Assembly (NCBI GenBank): GCA_023263685.1
Contig: JALQVM010000002.1
Location: 1 to 45,104, forward strand
DNA: 45,104 bases
From: Flavobacteriaceae bacterium
GTDB lineage: Bacteria > Bacteroidota > Bacteroidia > Flavobacteriales > Flavobacteriaceae
Direction of reading: 5' to 3'
In this document: piece by piece, positions 10,026-17,746 of the stretch
Numbering within the stretch: position 1 is the first letter of the stretch
How the letters are laid out: every line of letters begins with the position of its first letter
Notes under the pieces: model-generated
What the model saw: only the letters and a program-made list of their open reading frames with translations
Databases searched by the model: none
What the model was told of the DNA's origin: nothing
Translations under genes and position numbers: made by a program

Positions 10026-10463
10026 TTAGTTTTTACCCGTACTGCCAAAGCCCCCTTCTCCTCGTGCTGTCTCTGTCAATTCTTGGGTAAGTTTCCAGTC
10101 AATTTGCTCAAATTTTGCAACGACGAGTTGGGCAATTCGCTCGCCCGGTTCAATGGTAAAAGCACTGTTGGAAAGGTTGACTAAAATGACTCCTATTTCT
10201 CCTCTATAGTCTGCATCTATAGTACCGGGAGTGTTCAGCACGGTAATTCCGTGTTTTGCTGCCAAACCGCTTCTAGGCCTTACTTGGGCTTCGTATCCTT
10301 CAGGTAGGGCTATTTTAAGTCCAGTAGGTACTATTTTTCGCTCGAGAGGCTGCAGTGTAAGCGCGGTTTGAATTGCAGCTTTAAGGTCTGCCCCAGCAGC
10401 CGCTTTTGTAGCATAGGTGGGAAGGTCAAAATCACTTTCATTTTGAACAGGCACAGTAATCAT
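10026..10463 (-). CDS. dut: dUTP diphosphatase
   Basis: 145 aa with the motifs AAGADL, RPRSGLA and [11 protein letters not shown]. Confidence 0.95.
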   Translation of the reverse strand: MITVPVQNESDFDLPTYATKAAAGADLKAAIQTALTLQPLERKIVPTGLKIALPEGYEAQVRPRSGLAAKHGITVLNTPGTIDADYRGEIGVILVNLSNSAFTIEPGERIAQLVVAKFEQIDWKLTQELTETARGEGGFGSTGKN

Positions 10464-10560
10464 CTCAATGTCTTTTGTTGGTTAAAAATACAAAATCCAC
10501 TGAGGCTGAACGACCCCTAATTAAAATTGTTTATTTGTTTTATTAACGGTAGCTCCTCTT

Positions 10561-11025
10561 TTAAAACTGCCCTGGCAATTGTTTAAAATAGGTGGTTTTT
10601 GACACCTCTATTTGATCTTCTTCTTCCGTTGTGGGATAGAAAAAATAGCTGGGTGCACTGACTTCTTTTTGTTGGAATATTTGAATTTCAATGAAGTGCT
10701 GTATTCTAAATTTTCCTTGGTTTAAAGGTCTGAATTCTGCTTCTATTTTTTTAAATCGCTTGTTTAGTGAGCTTATGACTTTTGCCCTGCCCTTATACTG
10801 CATCCCTTTTTGTTTCCAAATGTCAATACCGGATATATACACTTTCGGATTTTGTAAAATATTGGTCAGTGTTTTGGGTGAAGCAATATTGGCAACGATG
10901 AGCCTGTCTTTCCCCTTAAAAAGAAATAATTCTTTGGGTGAAACGTTGGGTTCCCCTGAGGAATCAGAGGTTGCCAACCACAGTAAAACGATTTGTTTGG
11001 TTTGGTTTTGTAGGTTCATAAGCAA
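10561..11025 (-). CDS. pyridoxamine 5'-phosphate oxidase-like FMN-binding split-barrel protein
   Basis: 154 aa. The pattern LATSDSSGEPNVSP...LIVANIASPKT resembles the PNPOx-like family. This is recognition by eye only. Confidence 0.55.
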   Translation of the reverse strand: MLMNLQNQTKQIVLLWLATSDSSGEPNVSPKELFLFKGKDRLIVANIASPKTLTNILQNPKVYISGIDIWKQKGMQYKGRAKVISSLNKRFKKIEAEFRPLNQGKFRIQHFIEIQIFQQKEVSAPSYFFYPTTEEEDQIEVSKTTYFKQLPGQF

Positions 11026-11045
11026 GTTGGGGGTTCATAACGTCT

Positions 11046-11651
11046 TTAGTTTTCTACACAATTGAAGTAACGAACGCCATCCCAGCGTCGTTTAAAGAAA
11101 TTTTCTTTGTCTGCTAAAAACTCTTCAAATGTAGTGTCAGGAGAGGGTACAGAAAGCCACATGATTGGGGTGTCTTCAGGAGTTGAAGTACATTCATACG
11201 ATTCACAAGGGTGTCGATAGCGGTAGCGCGCATGGCCTGCTTCATGATAAAATGTATACAAGCGTTGCACGATGGAAAAGTCTTCCCAAAAAGACTTGAT
11301 AATTTCGAAGCTCACGGTACCTTCATCACATACGTTAAAGGCACGCCCTGCATGGTCTGCCGTTACCCCTGAAGCAAAATCAGGTTCTGTGCCAAAAAAG
11401 ACAGAAACCAAACGACCATCTCCAGGATCTGCTTTTCCCGAGCGTATGGCATCTTTTACGAAAAGGTCCCAGTATTCTTCTAAGGAAGTATTGTCGTTAA
11501 GTCCAGCATAGAAGGGATCCGTAATCTTATTTTTATCTTCCTCCTCAACCACTTGGGGTTCTTCTTGAACTGCTTCCTCCTTTGCACATTGGAGCAACAT
11601 TAAGGGCAAACAAAAAAACAGTAGGGGTAGGGTTTTAAGATTCTTTTTCAT
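11046..11651 (-). CDS. small lipoprotein with an HEXXH motif (putative zinc metallopeptidase-like; uncharacterised)
   Basis: Signal peptide plus lipobox LLQC, an acidic linker, then YHEAGHARYRYRH and four further Cys (NVCDEG, HPCESYEC, NCVEN). Confidence 0.6.
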   Translation of the reverse strand: MKKNLKTLPLLFFCLPLMLLQCAKEEAVQEEPQVVEEEDKNKITDPFYAGLNDNTSLEEYWDLFVKDAIRSGKADPGDGRLVSVFFGTEPDFASGVTADHAGRAFNVCDEGTVSFEIIKSFWEDFSIVQRLYTFYHEAGHARYRYRHPCESYECTSTPEDTPIMWLSVPSPDTTFEEFLADKENFFKRRWDGVRYFNCVEN

Positions 11652-11687
11652 TTTTCAGCAACACTAATTGTGTTATTAAAAGTATAA

Positions 11688-11710
11688 CTTTTGCTTTCAA
11701 AAGGCAAAAG
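11688..11710 (-). terminator. candidate intrinsic terminator after atpG
   Basis: CTTTTGC (11688-11694) pairs with GCAAAAG (11704-11710) and is extendable to about 10 bp. On the minus strand the hairpin is followed by TTATACTTTT. It is AT-rich and therefore weak. Confidence 0.35.
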
Positions 11711-11756
11711 AGCAGCGAAATTAAACTTTTAAAAGGATATTCTAGGAAAAAGAAAC

Positions 11757-12620
11757 TTAGCCGTTGAGTGCTTCTGCACCCCCTACAATTTCTAATATTT
11801 CGTTAGTAATTGCGGCTTGTCGCGCTTTGTTATAGGTCAGTTTCAACTGATCTCTTAACTCCGTAGCATTATCCGTAGCCTTGTGCATGGCGGTCATTCT
11901 CGCTCCATGCTCGCTTGCAAAAGAATCTCGAATGGCTTTATAGAATTGCATTTTCAACGACTTTGGAAGTAAATCGTTTACTATTTCAGCCTTAGAGGGT
12001 TCGAATATATAATCTGCACTGGTCGTTTGTACATCCGAAGAAGAAGCTACTATGGGGAGGTAGGGTTCTACTTCCACTATTTGAGTAGCGGCATTTTTAA
12101 ATCTGTTGTATACCAAGACAACTTCATCAAAAACACCTTCGGCGAATTGATCCATGATCTGCTGAGCAATACTCCCCGCATTTTCGTAAGTTAACTCGTC
12201 AAAAATACCGTCGTGTACGGCTGCAATCGTTGCCGTTTTTTGTAAAACTTCCGATCCCTTTTTCCCGACAGTAACGAGTGAAACGTCTTGTTGGGCATAG
12301 TCTTCTGCAATAAGCTGACGGGTTCTTTTGATGACATTGGCATTGAACGCACCACAAAGTCCTCTGTTGGAAGTAATGGCAACGATCAAAATGCGTTGTT
12401 TTTCACGAACCTGGGTAAAGGGGTTTTGACTATCCCCCTCTAAGGTACTGCTCAAATTTTGAATCAATTCGGTCAGTGTATTGGCATAAGGACGCATTGC
12501 GGTAATGGCATCTTGTGCTTTTTTCAATTTTGCAGCAGACACCATTTTCATGGCACTGGTGATCTGCATGGTTGAAGAAACTGATGCTATCCGATTGCGT
12601 ATTTCCTTAAGGTTTGCCAT
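11757..12620 (-). CDS. atpG: F1 ATP synthase gamma subunit
   Basis: The N-terminus MANLKEIRNRIASVSSTMQITSAMKMVSAAKL and the C-terminus ITNEILEIVGGAEAL are family hallmarks. Confidence 0.95.
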   Translation of the reverse strand: MANLKEIRNRIASVSSTMQITSAMKMVSAAKLKKAQDAITAMRPYANTLTELIQNLSSTLEGDSQNPFTQVREKQRILIVAITSNRGLCGAFNANVIKRTRQLIAEDYAQQDVSLVTVGKKGSEVLQKTATIAAVHDGIFDELTYENAGSIAQQIMDQFAEGVFDEVVLVYNRFKNAATQIVEVEPYLPIVASSSDVQTTSADYIFEPSKAEIVNDLLPKSLKMQFYKAIRDSFASEHGARMTAMHKATDNATELRDQLKLTYNKARQAAITNEILEIVGGAEALNG

Positions 12621-12623
12621 GTC

Positions 12624-14207
12624 TTATGCGAATTGCTTTGCGGTTTCTTTTGCAACTGTGTTGAGCACATCCAATACCTCATCTGTCAGCTTACCAGCTT
12701 TGAGTTCAGCTAATGTCTTGCTATGCTTTTTACGAAGCGTGTCAAGGTAGGATTGTTCAAATGCTTTTACGCTTTCTACGGGTACGTCTCTCAGCAGGTT
12801 TTTTGATCCTGCATAGATAATTGCTACCTGATCTTCAACGGTAAAAGGGTCGTTTTGAGCTTGTTTTAAAATCTCTACGTTTCGCTTTCCCTTTTCAATT
12901 ACATTTAAGGTAGCTGCGTCAAGGTCTGATCCAAATTTGGCAAAGGCTTCCAATTCACGAAATTGGGCTTGATCCAGTTTTAGCGTTCCTGCAACTTTTT
13001 TCATCGACTTGATCTGTGCAGATCCTCCAACACGAGATACCGAGATCCCCACGTTAATTGCAGGACGAACCCCCGAGTTAAATAAATCCGATTCCAAGAA
13101 GATCTGTCCGTCTGTAATGGAAATCACGTTGGTTGGAATATAAGCCGAGACATCCCCTGCCTGAGTTTCGATTATCGGAAGAGCGGTTAATGATCCCCCT
13201 CCTTTTACTTTTTCTTTTAAAGAATTGGGAAGGTCATTCATCTCCTTGGCAATACTGTCATCATTAATAACTTTTGCCGCTCGTTCTAACAAGCGTGAAT
13301 GTAAGTAGAATACATCCCCGGGATAAGCTTCACGCCCTGGAGGTCTTCTCAAAAGAAGTGATACCTCGCGATAGGCAACCGCTTGTTTTGATAAATCGTC
13401 ATAGATGATTAAGGCTGGGCGACCTGTATCTCTAAAATACTCCCCTATGGCAGCCCCAGCAAAGGGAGCGTATACTTGCATAGGCGCTGGATCAGAGGCG
13501 TTTGCCGCAACTATTGTAGTATAGGCCAAGGCTCCTTTGTCCTCTAGTGTTTTGGCTATACCTGCTACCGTAGATGCTTTCTGTCCGATTGCAACATAGA
13601 CGCAATACACAGGTTCACCAGCATCGTAAAATTCTTTTTGGTTTAAGATGGTGTCAATACAAACCGTTGTTTTCCCGGTTTGACGGTCACCAATTACCAA
13701 TTCTCTTTGCCCTCGACCCACAGGGATCATCGCATCGATTGATTTAATCCCAGTTTGTAAAGGTTCGTTTACCGGTTGACGAAAAATTACTCCAGGCGCT
13801 TTGCGCTCCAAAGGCATCTCAAAAAGTTCTCCTTCGATTGGACCCTTACCATCAATAGGGTGGCCCAAGGTATCCAATACCCGTCCAACAACCCCTTCTC
13901 CCACATTGATCGCGGCAATTCGTTGGGTTCTCTTTACGGTATCTCCCTCTTTAACCCCCTTAGATGCTCCAAGGAGTACAACACCAACATGGTCCTCTTC
14001 CAGGTTGAGTACCATTCCTTCTAGGTTGTTGTCAAAAGAAACTAATTCTCCGTATTGTGCATTGGAAAGTCCAAATACACGAGCAATACCGTCTCCTACT
14101 TCCAATACAGTTCCTACCTCGTCCAAGGTATTTGCTGAAGTGTAGCCGGCGAGTTGCTTTTTTAAAATTGCTGAAACTTCAGCGGGATTTACGTCTGCCA
14201 TGATCAA
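12624..14207 (-). CDS. atpA: F1 ATP synthase alpha subunit
   Basis: Walker A GDRQTGKT and conservation over the full length. The start may be the third codon, at 14201. Confidence 0.97.
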   Translation of the reverse strand: MIMADVNPAEVSAILKKQLAGYTSANTLDEVGTVLEVGDGIARVFGLSNAQYGELVSFDNNLEGMVLNLEEDHVGVVLLGASKGVKEGDTVKRTQRIAAINVGEGVVGRVLDTLGHPIDGKGPIEGELFEMPLERKAPGVIFRQPVNEPLQTGIKSIDAMIPVGRGQRELVIGDRQTGKTTVCIDTILNQKEFYDAGEPVYCVYVAIGQKASTVAGIAKTLEDKGALAYTTIVAANASDPAPMQVYAPFAGAAIGEYFRDTGRPALIIYDDLSKQAVAYREVSLLLRRPPGREAYPGDVFYLHSRLLERAAKVINDDSIAKEMNDLPNSLKEKVKGGGSLTALPIIETQAGDVSAYIPTNVISITDGQIFLESDLFNSGVRPAINVGISVSRVGGSAQIKSMKKVAGTLKLDQAQFRELEAFAKFGSDLDAATLNVIEKGKRNVEILKQAQNDPFTVEDQVAIIYAGSKNLLRDVPVESVKAFEQSYLDTLRKKHSKTLAELKAGKLTDEVLDVLNTVAKETAKQFA

Positions 14208-14213
14208 TATGCT

Positions 14214-14759
14214 TTAGATCGAGTTCGTTTTTGTTAATGTTGTTTTGATGGCCTTCAGCTGATTCGATACGCTTGCATCGTATTGCATGTCACCAATCTT
14301 TAGAATGTATCCTCCAATAATGGAAGGATCTATCTTGTTTTCTAGAATTGCTTTTTTATCAGAAAGCTTTTGGGCTTGTTGTAAAACTTGTTGCTCTAGT
14401 TCAGGAGTTAAGGCGATCGCTGTTGTTACGGTTGCTTTGACCTCTCCTTTCTGGGCTACAAACAGTTCTATAAACTGCTCACACGTTCCTTTTACCAATT
14501 CCATCCGGTTGTTGTGCGCCAAAAGAGCCAAAAGATCTTGTGTCTGAGTACTTGAGTCAGGCAAAATTGCTTTCAGTATTTCTTGTTTCTTTGCTGAGGC
14601 CAACATCGGATTTTCCATTACCGAGTTTAACTCCTCATTTGCCTTCAACAAAGCGGATAGGCTTTGCATATCCTCAAACACTTGTTGTGAGGAATTTGCC
14701 TCTTGAGCAAATGCTAAAGCGGCTTTGGCATATCGAAGAGAAGCTCGGGTTGCTTTCAT
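14214..14759 (-). CDS. atpH: F1 ATP synthase delta (OSCP) subunit
   Basis: 181 aa, positioned between atpF and atpA, with the OSCP-like C-terminus GGYILKIGDMQYDASV. Confidence 0.85.
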   Translation of the reverse strand: MKATRASLRYAKAALAFAQEANSSQQVFEDMQSLSALLKANEELNSVMENPMLASAKKQEILKAILPDSSTQTQDLLALLAHNNRMELVKGTCEQFIELFVAQKGEVKATVTTAIALTPELEQQVLQQAQKLSDKKAILENKIDPSIIGGYILKIGDMQYDASVSNQLKAIKTTLTKTNSI

Positions 14760-15259
14760 TATTTAAGATCAGAATCTTGAATCAATTGATTGATCAATTG
14801 AACTTGTTTGTCTTTGCTTTCCAATTCTTTTTGAAGCACTTTTTCTGCAATGTCCATAGCAATTGAACCCACTTGTTCTCTGAGCTCATTGATTGCGGCG
14901 CGTTTTTCATTTTGAATGGCTTCTTGCGCTTGAGTCAAAATTTTATCAGCTTCCGCTTGTGCTTCTTCCTTGGCAGTACTGATCAATTCCGCACGCGTAT
15001 TGCGCGCTTCTTTGAGCAGTGCTTCTTTCTCCGCACGTGCTTCTTTAAGAATACGTTGGTTGTCCGACTGCAGATTTTCCATCTCCGCTCTCGCAGCTTC
15101 GGCAGAAGCAAGCGCATCTTTGATGGAGGTTTCGCGTTCGTTTACCGCATTCAAAATTGGGCCCCAAGCGTATTTTCTTAAAAGGAACAGCAGCCCAATG
15201 AAAATCATGGATTGCCAGAAAAACAGACCTATAGAAAATTCACTAATTAATTTTTCCAT
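14759..15259 (-). CDS. atpF: Fo ATP synthase b subunit
   Basis: A single N-terminal TM segment followed by a long charged helix. It sits in the operon position between atpE and atpH. Confidence 0.85.
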   Translation of the reverse strand: MEKLISEFSIGLFFWQSMIFIGLLFLLRKYAWGPILNAVNERETSIKDALASAEAARAEMENLQSDNQRILKEARAEKEALLKEARNTRAELISTAKEEAQAEADKILTQAQEAIQNEKRAAINELREQVGSIAMDIAEKVLQKELESKDKQVQLINQLIQDSDLK

Positions 15260-15306
15260 TGTTTAAAACTTTGCGTTAAAGTGCCTCTGTAAAGTGAGTC
15301 TTGTGA

Positions 15307-15498
15307 TTAAACTGCAAACAAAGCAGCGAAACCAATTCCCTCTACAAGAGCAGCAGCAATTAACATTGCTGTTTGAATTTTACCGTACGCATCAGGTTGA
15401 CGACCAATAGCCTCCATCGCAGAACCACCGATTCTACCGATTCCCATACCTACTCCGATTACTACTAAACCGGCACCTACCATTACTGGAATTTCCAT
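15307..15498 (-). CDS. atpE: Fo ATP synthase c subunit
   Basis: A 63-aa hairpin protein with the GRQP loop and the ion-binding Glu in ALVEGIG. Confidence 0.9.
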   Translation of the reverse strand: MEIPVMVGAGLVVIGVGMGIGRIGGSAMEAIGRQPDAYGKIQTAMLIAAALVEGIGFAALFAV

Positions 15499-15552
15499 AG
15501 TTATAAATTTAAATTAAACATTCTTTTTTTTAGACACATGACTGTGTATGCT

Positions 15553-16653
15553 TTAATGATGCTCATGCTCCTCTGCGGCAAAACCAAAATAGAGGGCTGA
15601 AAGCATGGTAAAAATATAGGCTTGTAATAAAGCCACTAACAATTCTATCAATGAGATTGCAAAAGCCAAACCAAAGGATAATGGACTTCCCAACCAACTT
15701 TTAAAAATAAACATCAACCCGATCAAACTCATCAAAACAATATGACCTGCCTGCATGTTTGCATACAAACGGATCAATAAGGAAAACGGCTTGATAAAAA
15801 CCCCTAAAACTTCTATAGGGATTAAAATAATGTAAAGCGGGATTTTGGCATACCACTTCATGGAAGACCCTAAGGGATCAAAAAGGTGGAGCCAATAATC
15901 TTTAGTACCTGTAAAATTTGTAATGATAAAGGTTAATAATGCCAAGCCAAAAGTGACGGCAATATTTCCTGTTACATTTACTCCCAGAGGGGTTAGCCCT
16001 AGAAGATTAAGAAACCAAACAAAGAAAAATACCGTAAGTAGAAAGTTCATGTACTTCATGTATTTTTTCTCGCCTATGTTCGGTCTTGCAATATCGTCTC
16101 GAATGTACAGGACAATCGGTTCAAAAAAACGGCCTATTCCTGCGGGTACTCCTCCATTCTCACCATACGTCTTAGCCAGCGATCGGAAGATCCAAAACAT
16201 AAGCAATGCGATAAACAACATACTAACAACGCCTTTGGTTATAGACAAATCCAGAGGAGCGCTATTGGTAACATGATGCGCTTCGTCATAATTGATTGTT
16301 CCACCGGCATCGGTCTTGTATATTTTTCCATGCTCCAATTTGTAGTAATGGGTTCCTACTTGAGCTACCTCTTCCCCGTGGTGGAGTTTGGTTGAAGAAA
16401 AGATTTGTAAGCCTTCGTCCCATAAAACAACAGGCAATGGAATGCTAATATAAACGTGTTCGCCTTGAGCGTTGGTGTAGGAAAACAAACTGAAATCGTA
16501 GGCATCTTCAAGGTGATGAGCAATATATTCTTTAATTTCTGTCTTTAAATCTTTGGATGTTTCGCTCTCTTTAGCATGCAGCGCGTGGGGTGCTGAAAAC
16601 ACGGCTGCCCAAAGGGCAGAAAAAAGAATAAATTTGTTAAACGCTGTCGGCAT
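15553..16653 (-). CDS. atpB: Fo ATP synthase a subunit (with the long N-terminal extension seen in Bacteroidota)
   Basis: The LRLYANMQAGH motif carries the essential Arg. There are multiple TM segments and an N-terminal signal-like extension. Confidence 0.9.
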   Translation of the reverse strand: MPTAFNKFILFSALWAAVFSAPHALHAKESETSKDLKTEIKEYIAHHLEDAYDFSLFSYTNAQGEHVYISIPLPVVLWDEGLQIFSSTKLHHGEEVAQVGTHYYKLEHGKIYKTDAGGTINYDEAHHVTNSAPLDLSITKGVVSMLFIALLMFWIFRSLAKTYGENGGVPAGIGRFFEPIVLYIRDDIARPNIGEKKYMKYMNFLLTVFFFVWFLNLLGLTPLGVNVTGNIAVTFGLALLTFIITNFTGTKDYWLHLFDPLGSSMKWYAKIPLYIILIPIEVLGVFIKPFSLLIRLYANMQAGHIVLMSLIGLMFIFKSWLGSPLSFGLAFAISLIELLVALLQAYIFTMLSALYFGFAAEEHEHH

Positions 16654-16687
16654 AAAACGGTATTAGTAATAGTGTTTTTAAGCGCTG

Positions 16688-16695
16688 CAAATGTA
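16688..16695 (-). promoter_or_regulatory. Bacteroidota -7 promoter box TACATTTG for atpB
   Basis: Exact TAnnTTTG match 34 nt upstream of the atpB ATG. A TTTG lies about 23 nt further upstream. Confidence 0.5.
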
Positions 16696-16810
16696 AGGCT
16701 TTCGAATAAATAAAGAAACAAATCAATGCTTTTTTGAATTTCTTTTATGCTGGGTCGCGAAATTGTTTGAAAATAGCCCTTTTTTGAACTCTCTAAAGTG
16801 GATGCAAACT

Positions 16811-17170
16811 CTAATTATACCGTCTTGCAAGAAGTATAATTTCCAATAGTAATCCTAATGCATACGGAACGAAGAAGATGAAGAACTCTTGCCGGATGAG
16901 GATCCCGTCAGCCTGGAATTTTGGATAAAAGAAAATAAAGTAGGTACAAAATTTAAGCGCTACGGTAAGTAGATAAAGTACCGCCAAATTGCTCTTTTTT
17001 TTATCCATGCCCCAGAACAGGAGCAGGAGGGCGGCGGCGGCTAAAACTGTGTTTATGCCATAGCTTTGGACTAAAAAAGAGTGCGCCAGCGGATTCAGCT
17101 TTAGGTGTAAAAGCAATCCCATGCCCATAAGAACACTAAGGGAGACAAGAAAGTACAAAGGTTTTTTCAT
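16811..17170 (-). CDS. small polytopic membrane protein of the atp upstream cluster (uncharacterised)
   Basis: 119 aa with 3-4 hydrophobic segments. It has a 4-nt ATGA overlap with the preceding AtpZ-like gene. Confidence 0.55.
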   Translation of the reverse strand: MKKPLYFLVSLSVLMGMGLLLHLKLNPLAHSFLVQSYGINTVLAAAALLLLFWGMDKKKSNLAVLYLLTVALKFCTYFIFFYPKFQADGILIRQEFFIFFVPYALGLLLEIILLARRYN

Positions 17171-17379
17171 TCCTTATCCCAAAATTTTTTGCTTTGCTTG
17201 TGTAAGATCCACACTATAGAAAGCAATCCAAAACTAGCTAATAAAAGTGTTGCGAGTTTGTTGGGTAAGTTGTAAGTGCTGTCTAAATAAGTGCCAAACT
17301 TAATGGCGGCAAACATTATTGCCGCAATCTGAAATGCTAGACTTGAAAAAATGAGCCATTTATTAGGCTGTTTTTTCAT
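17167..17379 (-). CDS. AtpZ/AtpI-like small membrane protein
   Basis: 70 aa with two TM segments, in the position upstream of the atp genes. The family assignment is by context and size. Confidence 0.5.
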   Translation of the reverse strand: MKKQPNKWLIFSSLAFQIAAIMFAAIKFGTYLDSTYNLPNKLATLLLASFGLLSIVWILHKQSKKFWDKE

Positions 17380-17746
17380 GCGTTTCCTTTAATTTCTTTA
17401 CGCCTTCTTCAGCCGTTTTCATTTGACAATGGGCATTAAAAATAGCGCCTGCCTCAACGATAAGCTTTTGAGTTGCTACCTCGCCTTCTACATTGGAATT
17501 CGTTTTTAAACTCAAAATTCCCGACACGGTCAGTTTTCCTTTAAAATGACCCTCTATCTCGGCATTGGCACAAGAAACCTCTCCTGTAACTTGGGCTTCT
17601 TTCCCTAGAATGACTTTACCAGAAGTTTCTATATCTCCTTCTACGGTACCGTCAATTCGGATGTCTGTTTTTGCCTTTAAACTTCCTTTAAAGGACGTGT
17701 TTTGATCAATTTTACTGTATTGTCCGTTCGTCTCTGTTGCTCTCAT
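17363..17746 (-). CDS. bactofilin (polymer-forming cytoskeletal protein)
   Basis: Beta-helical repeats IDGTVEGDIETSGKVILGKEAQVTGEVSCANAEIEGHFKGKLTVSG...VEGEVATQKLIVEAGAIFNAHC are typical of the bactofilin domain. Confidence 0.8.
   Translation of the reverse strand: MRATETNGQYSKIDQNTSFKGSLKAKTDIRIDGTVEGDIETSGKVILGKEAQVTGEVSCANAEIEGHFKGKLTVSGILSLKTNSNVEGEVATQKLIVEAGAIFNAHCQMKTAEEGVKKLKETHEKTA

Noticed and set aside
11757-16653. The atp operon stops at atpG, so atpD (beta) and atpC (epsilon) are missing.
   Set aside because: A split atpBEFHAG / atpDC arrangement is the usual Bacteroidota organisation, so this is not an anomaly of this locus.
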